Shown here piece after piece: positions 9,998 to 18,474 of a stretch of 64,000 nt of DNA (within the stretch, counting starts at the first letter, position 1; each line of letters starts with the position of its first letter). Position numbers and translations under genes: made by a program. The notes below the pieces were generated by a model. The model was not told the origin of the DNA. It ran no database searches and saw nothing but the letters and a program-made list of their open reading frames with translations. The stretch covers positions 320,001 to 384,000 of the forward strand of contig CAVSNY010000003.1 of the NCBI GenBank assembly GCA_963729605.1, read 5' to 3'. The stretch is from an uncultured Gammaproteobacteria bacterium. GTDB taxonomy: Bacteria > Pseudomonadota > Gammaproteobacteria > DRLM01.

Positions 9998-11932
9998 ATG
10001 GCCGATTCACCATTTTATTCGAGGGATGTCTTCACCCACGCGAGCGATGCGATGCTGGTGATCGATCCTTATCAGGACCGTCTGCTGATGGCCAACATCG
10101 CCGCTTGCCGCTTGCTCGACTATCCGGAGCAGGAATTACTGAACATCCGGGCCAGCGCCTTGTGCGGGCGGCACATGCCGGCCTTGATCGTCTTCACCCA
10201 AGAGGTCAGCGAAAAGGGTACGGGCTGGCGCGACGATATTCCTCTGCGAGCCCGGCACGGCGGTCAATTGGAAGTGGAGATTTCAGCCGCCGCGTTCGTC
10301 GAGGGGGAACGGACGCTCTTGATCTTCACCGTCCGCGACGCGGAGAAAATCCGCCGCTGGCGGGAATTCAACGAGGCCAACGGCTTTCACCGGCGCGGCC
10401 TCGCCCAGTGGAAAACCATAGAAGGGGTTTTTCAAGAAATAGAACGGGAAAATCAGCTGATCTTGCGCGCCGCCGGCGAAGGCATCTACGGCGTCAACGC
10501 CGACGGCGCAACCACCTTCGTCAACCCGGCCGCCGAGCGCATGTTGGGCTGGCGCGCCGACGAATTGATCGGCAAGAACATCCACAGCGCCATTCACTAC
10601 AGCAAGGGTGACGGTTCGCATTATCATCACCGCGACTGCCCGATCTACGCGGCCTTTCGCGACGGCGAGGTGCGCCATGTCGATGACGAGGTGTTTTGGC
10701 GCAAGGACGGCAGCGCCATCGCCGTGGAATATACCAGCACGCCGATCCGCGACCACGGCCGGCTGGTGGGCGCGGTGGTGGTGTTCCGCGACATCAGCGA
10801 CCGCAAACGCGCCGACGCCCGGTTGCGCAGCGCCTTGGCCGAGGTGGAAGCCCTGCGCCATCGTCTCGAAATGGAAAACGCCTATTTACAGGAAGAAATC
10901 CGCGCCGAGCACAACTACAAGGAAATCGTCGGCAAGAGCGCGGCGATCATGACCCTCATTCATCAGATCGAACTGGTGGCGCCCACCGACGCCAATGTGC
11001 TGATCAGCGGCGAATCGGGCACCGGCAAGGAATTGATCGCCCGCGCCATCCACGAAAGCAGCCAGCGCCGCGACCGGCCGCTGATCCGGGTCAATTGCGC
11101 CTCGATTCCCCGCGAGTTGTTCGAGAGTGAATTTTTCGGTCACGTGAAAGGCGCTTTTACCGGCGCGGTGGCCGACCGTGCCGGCCGCTTCTCGCTGGCC
11201 GACGGCGGCACTTTATTTCTCGACGAGGTGGGCGAGATTCCGCTCGAATTACAGAGCAAGCTGTTGCGGGTGTTGCAGGAACAGCAATTCGAACGGGTCG
11301 GCGACACCCGCACGCAGCGGGTCAACGTGCGGGTGATCGCGGCGACCAACCGCGAACTGAAGCGGGAAGTGATGGACCATCGCTTTCGCGAGGATCTGTA
11401 TTTCCGGCTCAACGTCTTTCCCATCGAGTCGGTGCCGCTGTGCGAGCGCATCGAGGACGTCCCCTTGCTCGCCAGCCACTATCTCGAGCTCGCCCGCAAG
11501 AAATTCAACAAGGCCGAACTTAAACTGAGCATCGCCGACATCAACCGCCTGCAGGCCTATCCGTGGCCGGGGAATATCCGCGAGCTGGTCAACGTCATCG
11601 AGCGGGCGGTGATCCTTGCCCAACAAGGCCGTTTGCATTTCGTGCTGCCGGATGCGCCGCTGCGGCCATCCGCGCCGTTGCGGGAGAACACCACCATAGG
11701 GCAACCCGCCGTGCCGCTCATCATCACCGACTCCGAACGCGAGCGTCGTGACCGGGAAAATCTCATCGCCGCCTTGCGTACGACGCGGGGTAAAATCTTC
11801 GGTCCCGGCGGCGCCTCGGAACTGCTGGGTGTCAAACCCACGACGCTCGCGTCGCGCATCAAGCGACTGGGGATTAACAAGACCGTCTTGTGGTGCAGCG
11901 CAACACCGGCTGAAAACGCGCAGGAAGCTTGA
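9998..11932 (+). CDS. Double-PAS sigma54-dependent activator (bEBP), divergent from the cyn operon
   Basis: Two PAS domains, [30 protein letters not shown], Fis-type HTH; start taken at ATG 9998. Confidence 0.93.
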   Translation: MADSPFYSRDVFTHASDAMLVIDPYQDRLLMANIAACRLLDYPEQELLNIRASALCGRHMPALIVFTQEVSEKGTGWRDDIPLRARHGGQLEVEISAAAFVEGERTLLIFTVRDAEKIRRWREFNEANGFHRRGLAQWKTIEGVFQEIERENQLILRAAGEGIYGVNADGATTFVNPAAERMLGWRADELIGKNIHSAIHYSKGDGSHYHHRDCPIYAAFRDGEVRHVDDEVFWRKDGSAIAVEYTSTPIRDHGRLVGAVVVFRDISDRKRADARLRSALAEVEALRHRLEMENAYLQEEIRAEHNYKEIVGKSAAIMTLIHQIELVAPTDANVLISGESGTGKELIARAIHESSQRRDRPLIRVNCASIPRELFESEFFGHVKGAFTGAVADRAGRFSLADGGTLFLDEVGEIPLELQSKLLRVLQEQQFERVGDTRTQRVNVRVIAATNRELKREVMDHRFREDLYFRLNVFPIESVPLCERIEDVPLLASHYLELARKKFNKAELKLSIADINRLQAYPWPGNIRELVNVIERAVILAQQGRLHFVLPDAPLRPSAPLRENTTIGQPAVPLIITDSERERRDRENLIAALRTTRGKIFGPGGASELLGVKPTTLASRIKRLGINKTVLWCSATPAENAQEA

Positions 11933-12007
11933 AGCCGCGCCGTGCGCGGCGGGGATTTTTGCGTGCGGGATTGCCGCCGATAATTCGCCGCGCTCAAATC
12001 GAATCGC

Positions 12008-12364
12008 TCATTTGCCGGTTTTTTTGGCGCGAGTCTTCTTCGCGGTTTTAACCGGCTTGCGGTCCGCCGGGATTTTATTCCGCTCGGTGAATTGCGTCTT
12101 GATCTCGGCCAGCTCGGTTTTCAGCTGCGCCACTTTGGCCTGGCGTTGCGCGACCCGTTCATTCCAGCGGATCAGCACCTCGTCGCGTTCCTTGACGGCG
12201 GATTCGACCTCGGCTTGGGCGCGGGCCAGGGTCTGCTCTTTATCCTTGAGCAAGGTTTCCAGGGAAGGCGTCTTGCCGCCGCGCGCCGCCTCCAGATTTT
12301 GCGTGAGTTTGGCCACGAGGTCTTTTTGCAGTTTGAGTGCCTGGTCCAGGCTCTTGATGTCCAT
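12008..12364 (-). CDS. Coiled-coil hypothetical protein with Lys-rich tail; last gene of the eCIS operon
   Basis: AAGGAG RBS, 10 nt after the DUF6519 gene; heptad-like composition. Confidence 0.75.
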   Translation of the reverse strand: MDIKSLDQALKLQKDLVAKLTQNLEAARGGKTPSLETLLKDKEQTLARAQAEVESAVKERDEVLIRWNERVAQRQAKVAQLKTELAEIKTQFTERNKIPADRKPVKTAKKTRAKKTGK

Positions 12365-12374
12365 GCTGCGCTCC

Positions 12375-15300
12375 TTAAATGCGTACGTTGAAATTATTGA
12401 TCGGCGCCGGCGTCACGGTGCCGACATTGATGTAATCGCCGGTGGTGATGTTGCCCATCAGCGCGACCTTGTTGCGGTTGGCCAAGGACATGGCGTTGAC
12501 GCCGGCCGGGCCTTTGACGTGATTGCCCATGGCGATCAGATGGCCGCCCCACAGACGCACGGTGGCGCCGAGATCGCCGGCTTCCGCGCCGAGGTGATCG
12601 CAGAGATTGTTGTTGAAGGTCACCTTCTCGAAGCGGAAATCGATGTTGTCGGTGAGCACGATGCGCATGAACTCCACCAATAGACTGCGGCCGGGGCCGC
12701 GGAAGTGATTGCCGTCGACTTGCGCGCCGCCGAACATGTATTCGATCACCGCCGCGCCGGTGGCGAAGCGGATGCCGAGCGGCCCCAACAGTACCAGGGC
12801 GCGGTGTTCGTTGAGCGGATCGAGACCGGGAAGGGCTTGGCTGTAACCGATTCGATTGCCGGTGATTTGGCAGGCGGCCAGCCAGCCGGCGATGCCGACC
12901 GCGTTAGCGGCGGTCAGCTGCGTACCGTCGGCCGAGATACCGGTGTCGATCACTTCATTATTTTCGAGGCGCACATGCGCGCCGGAAGGCGCCAGTAATT
13001 CTTCGGTGTAAACGGCGATGCCCAAAGACACCGCGCGGGTGTAGCCGCAATTCATCACGCGGTTGTCGAGCAGCGTGACGGCGCCGCGCACGAACAGCAC
13101 CATGCCGGCGAGCATGGCCGATTGCAGGGTATTGCCGGCGATTTCCAGCGCGCTTTCCTGAGTGGCGGCGATGCCGATGGCGGTTTGCGTAACGCGATTG
13201 TCCGCGATACGGTTGCGTTCGCCGTCGCTGAGCTGCACGCCGAAAAAGACTTCGTCGATGTTATTGCCGGCGATGTCGGCCTCGCTGCAATCGTCCACCC
13301 GCACACCGTACCAGCCGGCGGCGCCGCCGTCGATGTGATTGGCGCGGACCACCGCAGCGGCGATACGCGAGACGACGATGCCCGACTGCGGGCCAAGCAA
13401 CTGATTGTCGCATATCGCGGTATGATCGGCGGCGCGGCCCGCCGCGGCATCGGCCAGACAATAAATACCGGCGGGTACCAGCGTTTGAGTTATTTTCGCG
13501 GCGGCTTGCAGGACATTGTCGGAAATATGGGCATGGGCGCCGCTGACCCGCACGCCGCCCCAGGCCGCCGACAATAAATCGATGCGATTGCCGCGCACCG
13601 TGCAATCGGCGGCCTCGACATCGATGGCATACAAGCGGGTGTCCAGGTATAAACGCAATTGCGTGACATCACTGGGCGGCGTGTCCTGCGCCACGCCGTC
13701 GCTGCGGGCGATGTGATTGCCGGCGATCAGCGATCCCCGCGCCGGGCGGCGCAGCGCGATGCCGGTCCAGAAATGCCGGATGCGATTGTCCTCGATACGA
13801 CAAGCGAACGTGTGTTCGCTATCGATCAAAATGCCGTATTGACCAGTGGAGGCATCGACTTGGCCGAGAAAACGGCCGGTGATACCGATGAGATCATTAC
13901 CGGTAATTTGTAAATCGCCGTGATAGTCGCTGACGCTGATGCCGACCAGCAGATTGGCGAGCCGGTTGGTCAGTAAACTAATGTCCGCGACCTGATTGAG
14001 ATGGATGCCGGCGTAAGACGGTGTCGTTTGACCTTCCGGCGTGAGCACGCTCAGTGTGCAATGTTCCACCCGTACCCGCGTGCAGTTTTCCAGATACAAC
14101 ACGCTGCCGAGATCGGCCGCGGCGCCGGCCGCTTCGAAACCGATATCTTCGACGACGATGTCGCTGACCGGAAGATCAGCGGCGCCGATCTGTAAGAGTC
14201 GGGGCAGGCCCGCCGCGCGAACGATGACGCCGGGACTCTCGCCGCGCAGGATGATGCGCGAGCCCATGATTTCCAGCGTCGCCTCGATATCGTGCACGCC
14301 GGTCTTCAAACAGACGCAGCCGCCTTCGTCCGGCAGAGAATCGATGGCGGCCTGGATATCGTCGCCCGGCGCCACGCTGACGGTGCAGCAGCCGCCGCAG
14401 GCCGGCGGCCAAGGCGTGCGGCAATCGGTTTCGTCGTCGGGGAAAGTGACGATGGCGAGCCGCGTGTAATGACGATGGATGCCGCGCGGCGGCGCGAGCG
14501 TGAACGTTTCTACCGAAGTGTCGGTGGTGCGCGCGGCGGATACCCAGTAATCGCCGCAGTGAAATCCGCCGCCGCCCGCGGCGACGCCGAACTGCACCTG
14601 CACACCGTTTTCCAGTACCACCCACACGCCCGCCGCCGGCACTGGAATCAATCCGGTGCTGCCGGCCGCGTCGAGATTGACGATGACGTTGTTATTGGCG
14701 TCGCGCACCGTGCCCTTCTGGTCCCAGCGCCGCACCCGGGTATGGCGCGCGGCCAGGGTGTCGGCGCCGCCACCCGGTATCAGATTCGCCGGTAAGGCGG
14801 GGGAGAAGCTGACGGTCTGCTTCGCGTCGTCAACGGTGATCTTGCGCATCACGCCGCGGCGCAACAGGGGATCGCCGTTTTCGCCGGCGAGTTCGCGGCG
14901 GTCGTCGAGCACCTCCACCCAGTCGCCGGTGTTGAAGCGCAGCACCGCGTCGCGGCCGAGGCTGGCGAGTTTGAGTTCGGTGGCGGTGGCGGTGTGCGAG
15001 ACGATCTCCACCACATTGCTCGCGACGCTGGCGTTGTCGCGCGACCATTTGAAGGTCGCGGTGCCGACCGCGCCGCCGTCGTGGATCTCGATGCGATAGA
15101 GCTGATTCTCCAGGCCGCGATAACCGCCGCTGGGCGGCAGTTCGCAGGGATCGAGGTCGGGCGCCACGCCTTCGGCGCGGATCGACATGCGGCCGGCCGA
15201 AGGCGCGATCAGCGTTGACCAGCCCGCCACGTCACCGTCGGGCGTGATGCAATCCGCGCCGCCGACATTGGCCAACAAGCGTACCTGCCACACGGTTTGC

Positions 15301-15812
15301 AAACGCGTGGTGGTATCGACGCCGACCGCGGACTCCACGATCCCGGGCCGTTGCACGTGAGTGAGCTCGCGTTGCCACACTTCGAGATAAGTGAGATGCG
15401 GACCGCCGCCGGGCAGCGCGGGCGGCGCGGGAAAATAGGGCTGCTGGTCATAATTCAGCGCGGTCTGGCCGCGCGGCTCCGAGAGCAACGGATCGAATTC
15501 GGGCGCGCCGCCGCCGTGATTCTCCGCGAGCAGTCCGTCCACGTACATGCGGCCGCGACCGATGGTGATCGCGCCGCCGGTCGCGTCGATCTTGAAGGCG
15601 TCGGGCGTCTGCGGCGAGACCACCGCCACGCCGCTGACGCCGGGTACGGTAGACACGCCGAAGATATCGACGGTCTCGGCGCGCAGCCGCCGCTCCAGCA
15701 CCGCCACCCACTCGTTCCAATCCGAGTCCAATTGCACGCGCCCCTGCTGCATCAGCACACCGGCGATATCGACGCGGGGATCGAAACGTACTCGGCTGTA
15801 ATCTCCACTCAT
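12375..15812 (-). CDS. DUF6519 protein with C-terminal right-handed beta-helix (putative fibre/spike)
   Basis: QQGRVQLDSDWNE, GGYRGLENQLYRIEIH, FKWSRDNAS, GDYW..AART; then G.N.I/D.N.I beta-helix repeats. Confidence 0.88.
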   Translation of the reverse strand: MSGDYSRVRFDPRVDIAGVLMQQGRVQLDSDWNEWVAVLERRLRAETVDIFGVSTVPGVSGVAVVSPQTPDAFKIDATGGAITIGRGRMYVDGLLAENHGGGAPEFDPLLSEPRGQTALNYDQQPYFPAPPALPGGGPHLTYLEVWQRELTHVQRPGIVESAVGVDTTTRLQTVWQVRLLANVGGADCITPDGDVAGWSTLIAPSAGRMSIRAEGVAPDLDPCELPPSGGYRGLENQLYRIEIHDGGAVGTATFKWSRDNASVASNVVEIVSHTATATELKLASLGRDAVLRFNTGDWVEVLDDRRELAGENGDPLLRRGVMRKITVDDAKQTVSFSPALPANLIPGGGADTLAARHTRVRRWDQKGTVRDANNNVIVNLDAAGSTGLIPVPAAGVWVVLENGVQVQFGVAAGGGGFHCGDYWVSAARTTDTSVETFTLAPPRGIHRHYTRLAIVTFPDDETDCRTPWPPACGGCCTVSVAPGDDIQAAIDSLPDEGGCVCLKTGVHDIEATLEIMGSRIILRGESPGVIVRAAGLPRLLQIGAADLPVSDIVVEDIGFEAAGAAADLGSVLYLENCTRVRVEHCTLSVLTPEGQTTPSYAGIHLNQVADISLLTNRLANLLVGISVSDYHGDLQITGNDLIGITGRFLGQVDASTGQYGILIDSEHTFACRIEDNRIRHFWTGIALRRPARGSLIAGNHIARSDGVAQDTPPSDVTQLRLYLDTRLYAIDVEAADCTVRGNRIDLLSAAWGGVRVSGAHAHISDNVLQAAAKITQTLVPAGIYCLADAAAGRAADHTAICDNQLLGPQSGIVVSRIAAAVVRANHIDGGAAGWYGVRVDDCSEADIAGNNIDEVFFGVQLSDGERNRIADNRVTQTAIGIAATQESALEIAGNTLQSAMLAGMVLFVRGAVTLLDNRVMNCGYTRAVSLGIAVYTEELLAPSGAHVRLENNEVIDTGISADGTQLTAANAVGIAGWLAACQITGNRIGYSQALPGLDPLNEHRALVLLGPLGIRFATGAAVIEYMFGGAQVDGNHFRGPGRSLLVEFMRIVLTDNIDFRFEKVTFNNNLCDHLGAEAGDLGATVRLWGGHLIAMGNHVKGPAGVNAMSLANRNKVALMGNITTGDYINVGTVTPAPINNFNVRI

Positions 15813-16044
15813 GGCTGTTCTCCTGCTTTTCTAGTTCTGTGCTTCAAAGGTCCGTGTTTTAACGTCGATTAAATACGTTCCTTCCCTCTGCGAGCGGGAA
15901 GGCCATAACGCGAGCGCTGTTCGTTCCTGCACCGCGCCCATCCGCTGCGCTATTTCATGATTCCGGCATCGCAAGGAGCGAAAACCCGGTTGTTCCAGCC
16001 ACAGGCGTCTCTGGCGGTCTGGTGCGATATGTTCACTCGCCTTA

Positions 16045-18099
16045 TCAACTCCCATAAATCACCCCCGCCTCCAGACCGAAGCGCAGATATTCCTCCATCC
16101 GCACGCGCAAATTGCCCTCGCGCTGCGGTTGATACAGGCCGTGCAGCACGCCCATCTCGCTTTCGTCGTGGGCGCCGCGGCGGATCTTCTCCGACGTGCT
16201 TTGCCGCAGTTGACAGTAGCCGCCGTCGCCGTAGCGCAGCGAGGTGAAGTGCGGCCGCGGCTCGAGTGCATCGCCTTGCGGCTGGCAATGAAAGCGGCGC
16301 GGTGTACGCGAGGCGGGCGGCACGTAGGAAAACCGCACGCAACCCCGCTGACGGCGTTCGGCCCACAGCGGCGCCTTCCATGCGTCGCCGCCGGTGATCA
16401 GCGAGGCGGCGAAGATGCAGTCGCTCGCCAACGTGAGCTGTTGGGTGTGGACCTTGCCGATGACGGTGCAGCTCTCCATACGGAGCGCGCCGCCCGCGGC
16501 GAGGGCATCGGCGCCGGGTCCGCGATAGGCGACGCGGTCTTGCGCCGTGGCGTCGATGATGCACTCGTTGAGCGATATCTGCGCATCGGCGGCGATATGT
16601 ACGGGTGCGCTGATGCAACGTTCCAGTTCCACTGTGGCGAAGGCGTGCGCCACCACCAGGCCCGGGTCGTCGGCCAGCGGCGGTGAGCCGTTGCCCTTGC
16701 TGCGCGGGCCGGGCACCAGGGTGCAGTCGCGCAGGGTGAGATGACGCGGCTGACTGTCGGCGGAGGCGGGCAGGATCAGCGTGCCGCCGCTGATCACCCA
16801 GCCGTCGAGTATCAAAGTCGATTCGGCGCCGAGGCTGAGATCGATGTCGCCGTTCGCCGCCAGCAGGGGCCGCGCGCCGTTGACCGCGCGCAGCACCACG
16901 GTCTTGCCGGCATTGACGGTGATGCTCGGCGTCTCGACATAACGGAAGCTGTCGATCACCTCCACCGTGCCGCCGTTCTGCACGGCGTCGAGCGCGGGTT
17001 GCAATGCCGCTCCGCCTTGCACGGTCTGCACCGGCGTGACCAGCACGGCGGGGGCGCCGCGCTCATATTCGCCGCCGCCGATGGCGATGGTGAATCCATA
17101 ATGAAAACTCGCGAGCACGGTTGTGCCCGGCGCGTCGGCGAAGGCGATGCGGCCCAATACCGGATCGATGGCCACTCTGCCCGAGCCCGCGGCGGGTTGA
17201 TGGGCCCAGGCGATCACATTGCCGCCGCCGTCCTTGATGTCGCTCAAATCGCAGATATGAATAGCGCCGCGCGGTATGAGCTGCGGCGGATTGCCCGCCA
17301 ATTCCAGGCACAGGCTCTTGCCGATGCCGTAATCATCGTCGAGATGCGCCTTGAGCCGGCGCCGCGTGAGCGGCAGCGGGATATTGCGCGGCTCGGCGAG
17401 GTGAGTGATTTCTTCCTCGGTCTCCGGCGTGTTGTAGAGCGCCAGGTCGGTGCCGAGCGGATTGAAGCGGAAACGCAGGCCGCCGCCGATGACCGGATCG
17501 ATGACCGCGGGCGAGCGGGTGAGGGGAAAGGCGCGCACGCGCCAGAGATAAAGTCCGATGTTATGGATGTTGTGACGCGCGGCGCCGCTGCTTATCCGCC
17601 GCACGTCGATGGTATGCGCGAGGGTGTCGAAGGCGGTGTCGCGCCACTGGAGCTTTTCCCAGTCGCGCAGATCGGGCGCGTAATGCGCAGTGGCGCGCAG
17701 GTGATTCATGTATTGCGTCCAGCCCAGCAACTGAAAGAACTCCACCGCCCGCGCCGGCCAGCCGGTGACGTCGCGCGCGAGTTGTTCGAGCATCGACGCC
17801 GTGCCTTTGCGGCGGCGATAGCGAATGGTGTTCGCCACGTCGGCGCGCGGCGAGGCCACGTGGGGCGCGACGCCGTGCAGGCTGCGATAGCCGATGAGAT
17901 CGCCGATGTAGGGCGCCGCCCACGCGGCGCAGGTCTCGATGAACTGATCGTCGTAGAGCTGTTCGAGGTTTTCCTCCATGGCCGCGACTTGTTCGGCGAT
18001 GACGCTTAGCAGCTCGCGCAAAGGGTAACCCTGTTCGGCATCCCGGATGCGGTGGATGGCGGGGAGTAATTGGTAGAGGCGGTCGGCGGTGTCGGTCAT
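16045..18099 (-). CDS. eCIS baseplate wedge / phage-tail-like protein
   Basis: DRLYQLLPAIHRIRD, QLYDDQFIETC, YRRRKGT, SEMGV..NLRVRMEEYLRFG; start reassigned to ATG 18099. Confidence 0.85.
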   Translation of the reverse strand: MTDTADRLYQLLPAIHRIRDAEQGYPLRELLSVIAEQVAAMEENLEQLYDDQFIETCAAWAAPYIGDLIGYRSLHGVAPHVASPRADVANTIRYRRRKGTASMLEQLARDVTGWPARAVEFFQLLGWTQYMNHLRATAHYAPDLRDWEKLQWRDTAFDTLAHTIDVRRISSGAARHNIHNIGLYLWRVRAFPLTRSPAVIDPVIGGGLRFRFNPLGTDLALYNTPETEEEITHLAEPRNIPLPLTRRRLKAHLDDDYGIGKSLCLELAGNPPQLIPRGAIHICDLSDIKDGGGNVIAWAHQPAAGSGRVAIDPVLGRIAFADAPGTTVLASFHYGFTIAIGGGEYERGAPAVLVTPVQTVQGGAALQPALDAVQNGGTVEVIDSFRYVETPSITVNAGKTVVLRAVNGARPLLAANGDIDLSLGAESTLILDGWVISGGTLILPASADSQPRHLTLRDCTLVPGPRSKGNGSPPLADDPGLVVAHAFATVELERCISAPVHIAADAQISLNECIIDATAQDRVAYRGPGADALAAGGALRMESCTVIGKVHTQQLTLASDCIFAASLITGGDAWKAPLWAERRQRGCVRFSYVPPASRTPRRFHCQPQGDALEPRPHFTSLRYGDGGYCQLRQSTSEKIRRGAHDESEMGVLHGLYQPQREGNLRVRMEEYLRFGLEAGVIYGS

Positions 18100-18474
18100 T
18101 GGATATCTACCCCTCTCCCTGGCCCTCTCCCACAAGGGGAGAGGGGACGCACACAAACGTGTTTGAGGAAACTGTATCGCAATCGCACGAGTTAGCGAGG
18201 CAAGCGTGCCTGCTCATTGCCGCTCGCCGGTTGCGCGTCTCCCGTTTCCCTCTCGCCGCGAAATAAAAAAAGACGCTCTTATTTTCACCCTCCATCTCAC
18301 AGCGGGGCGATAGCGCCGCCGAAGGAGGCTGGACGGCCAGGGTGGGGGTGAAGACTCGATGAATACATGGTCCGGCCGTATCACGTCGGCCAGAGTTTAC
18401 TCGTATCCCTGCTTGGCTCCGGTAAGGGGAAAGTAGTGACAGGGCGCGACTCGAAAAAGCAACGGCATTGCGTC

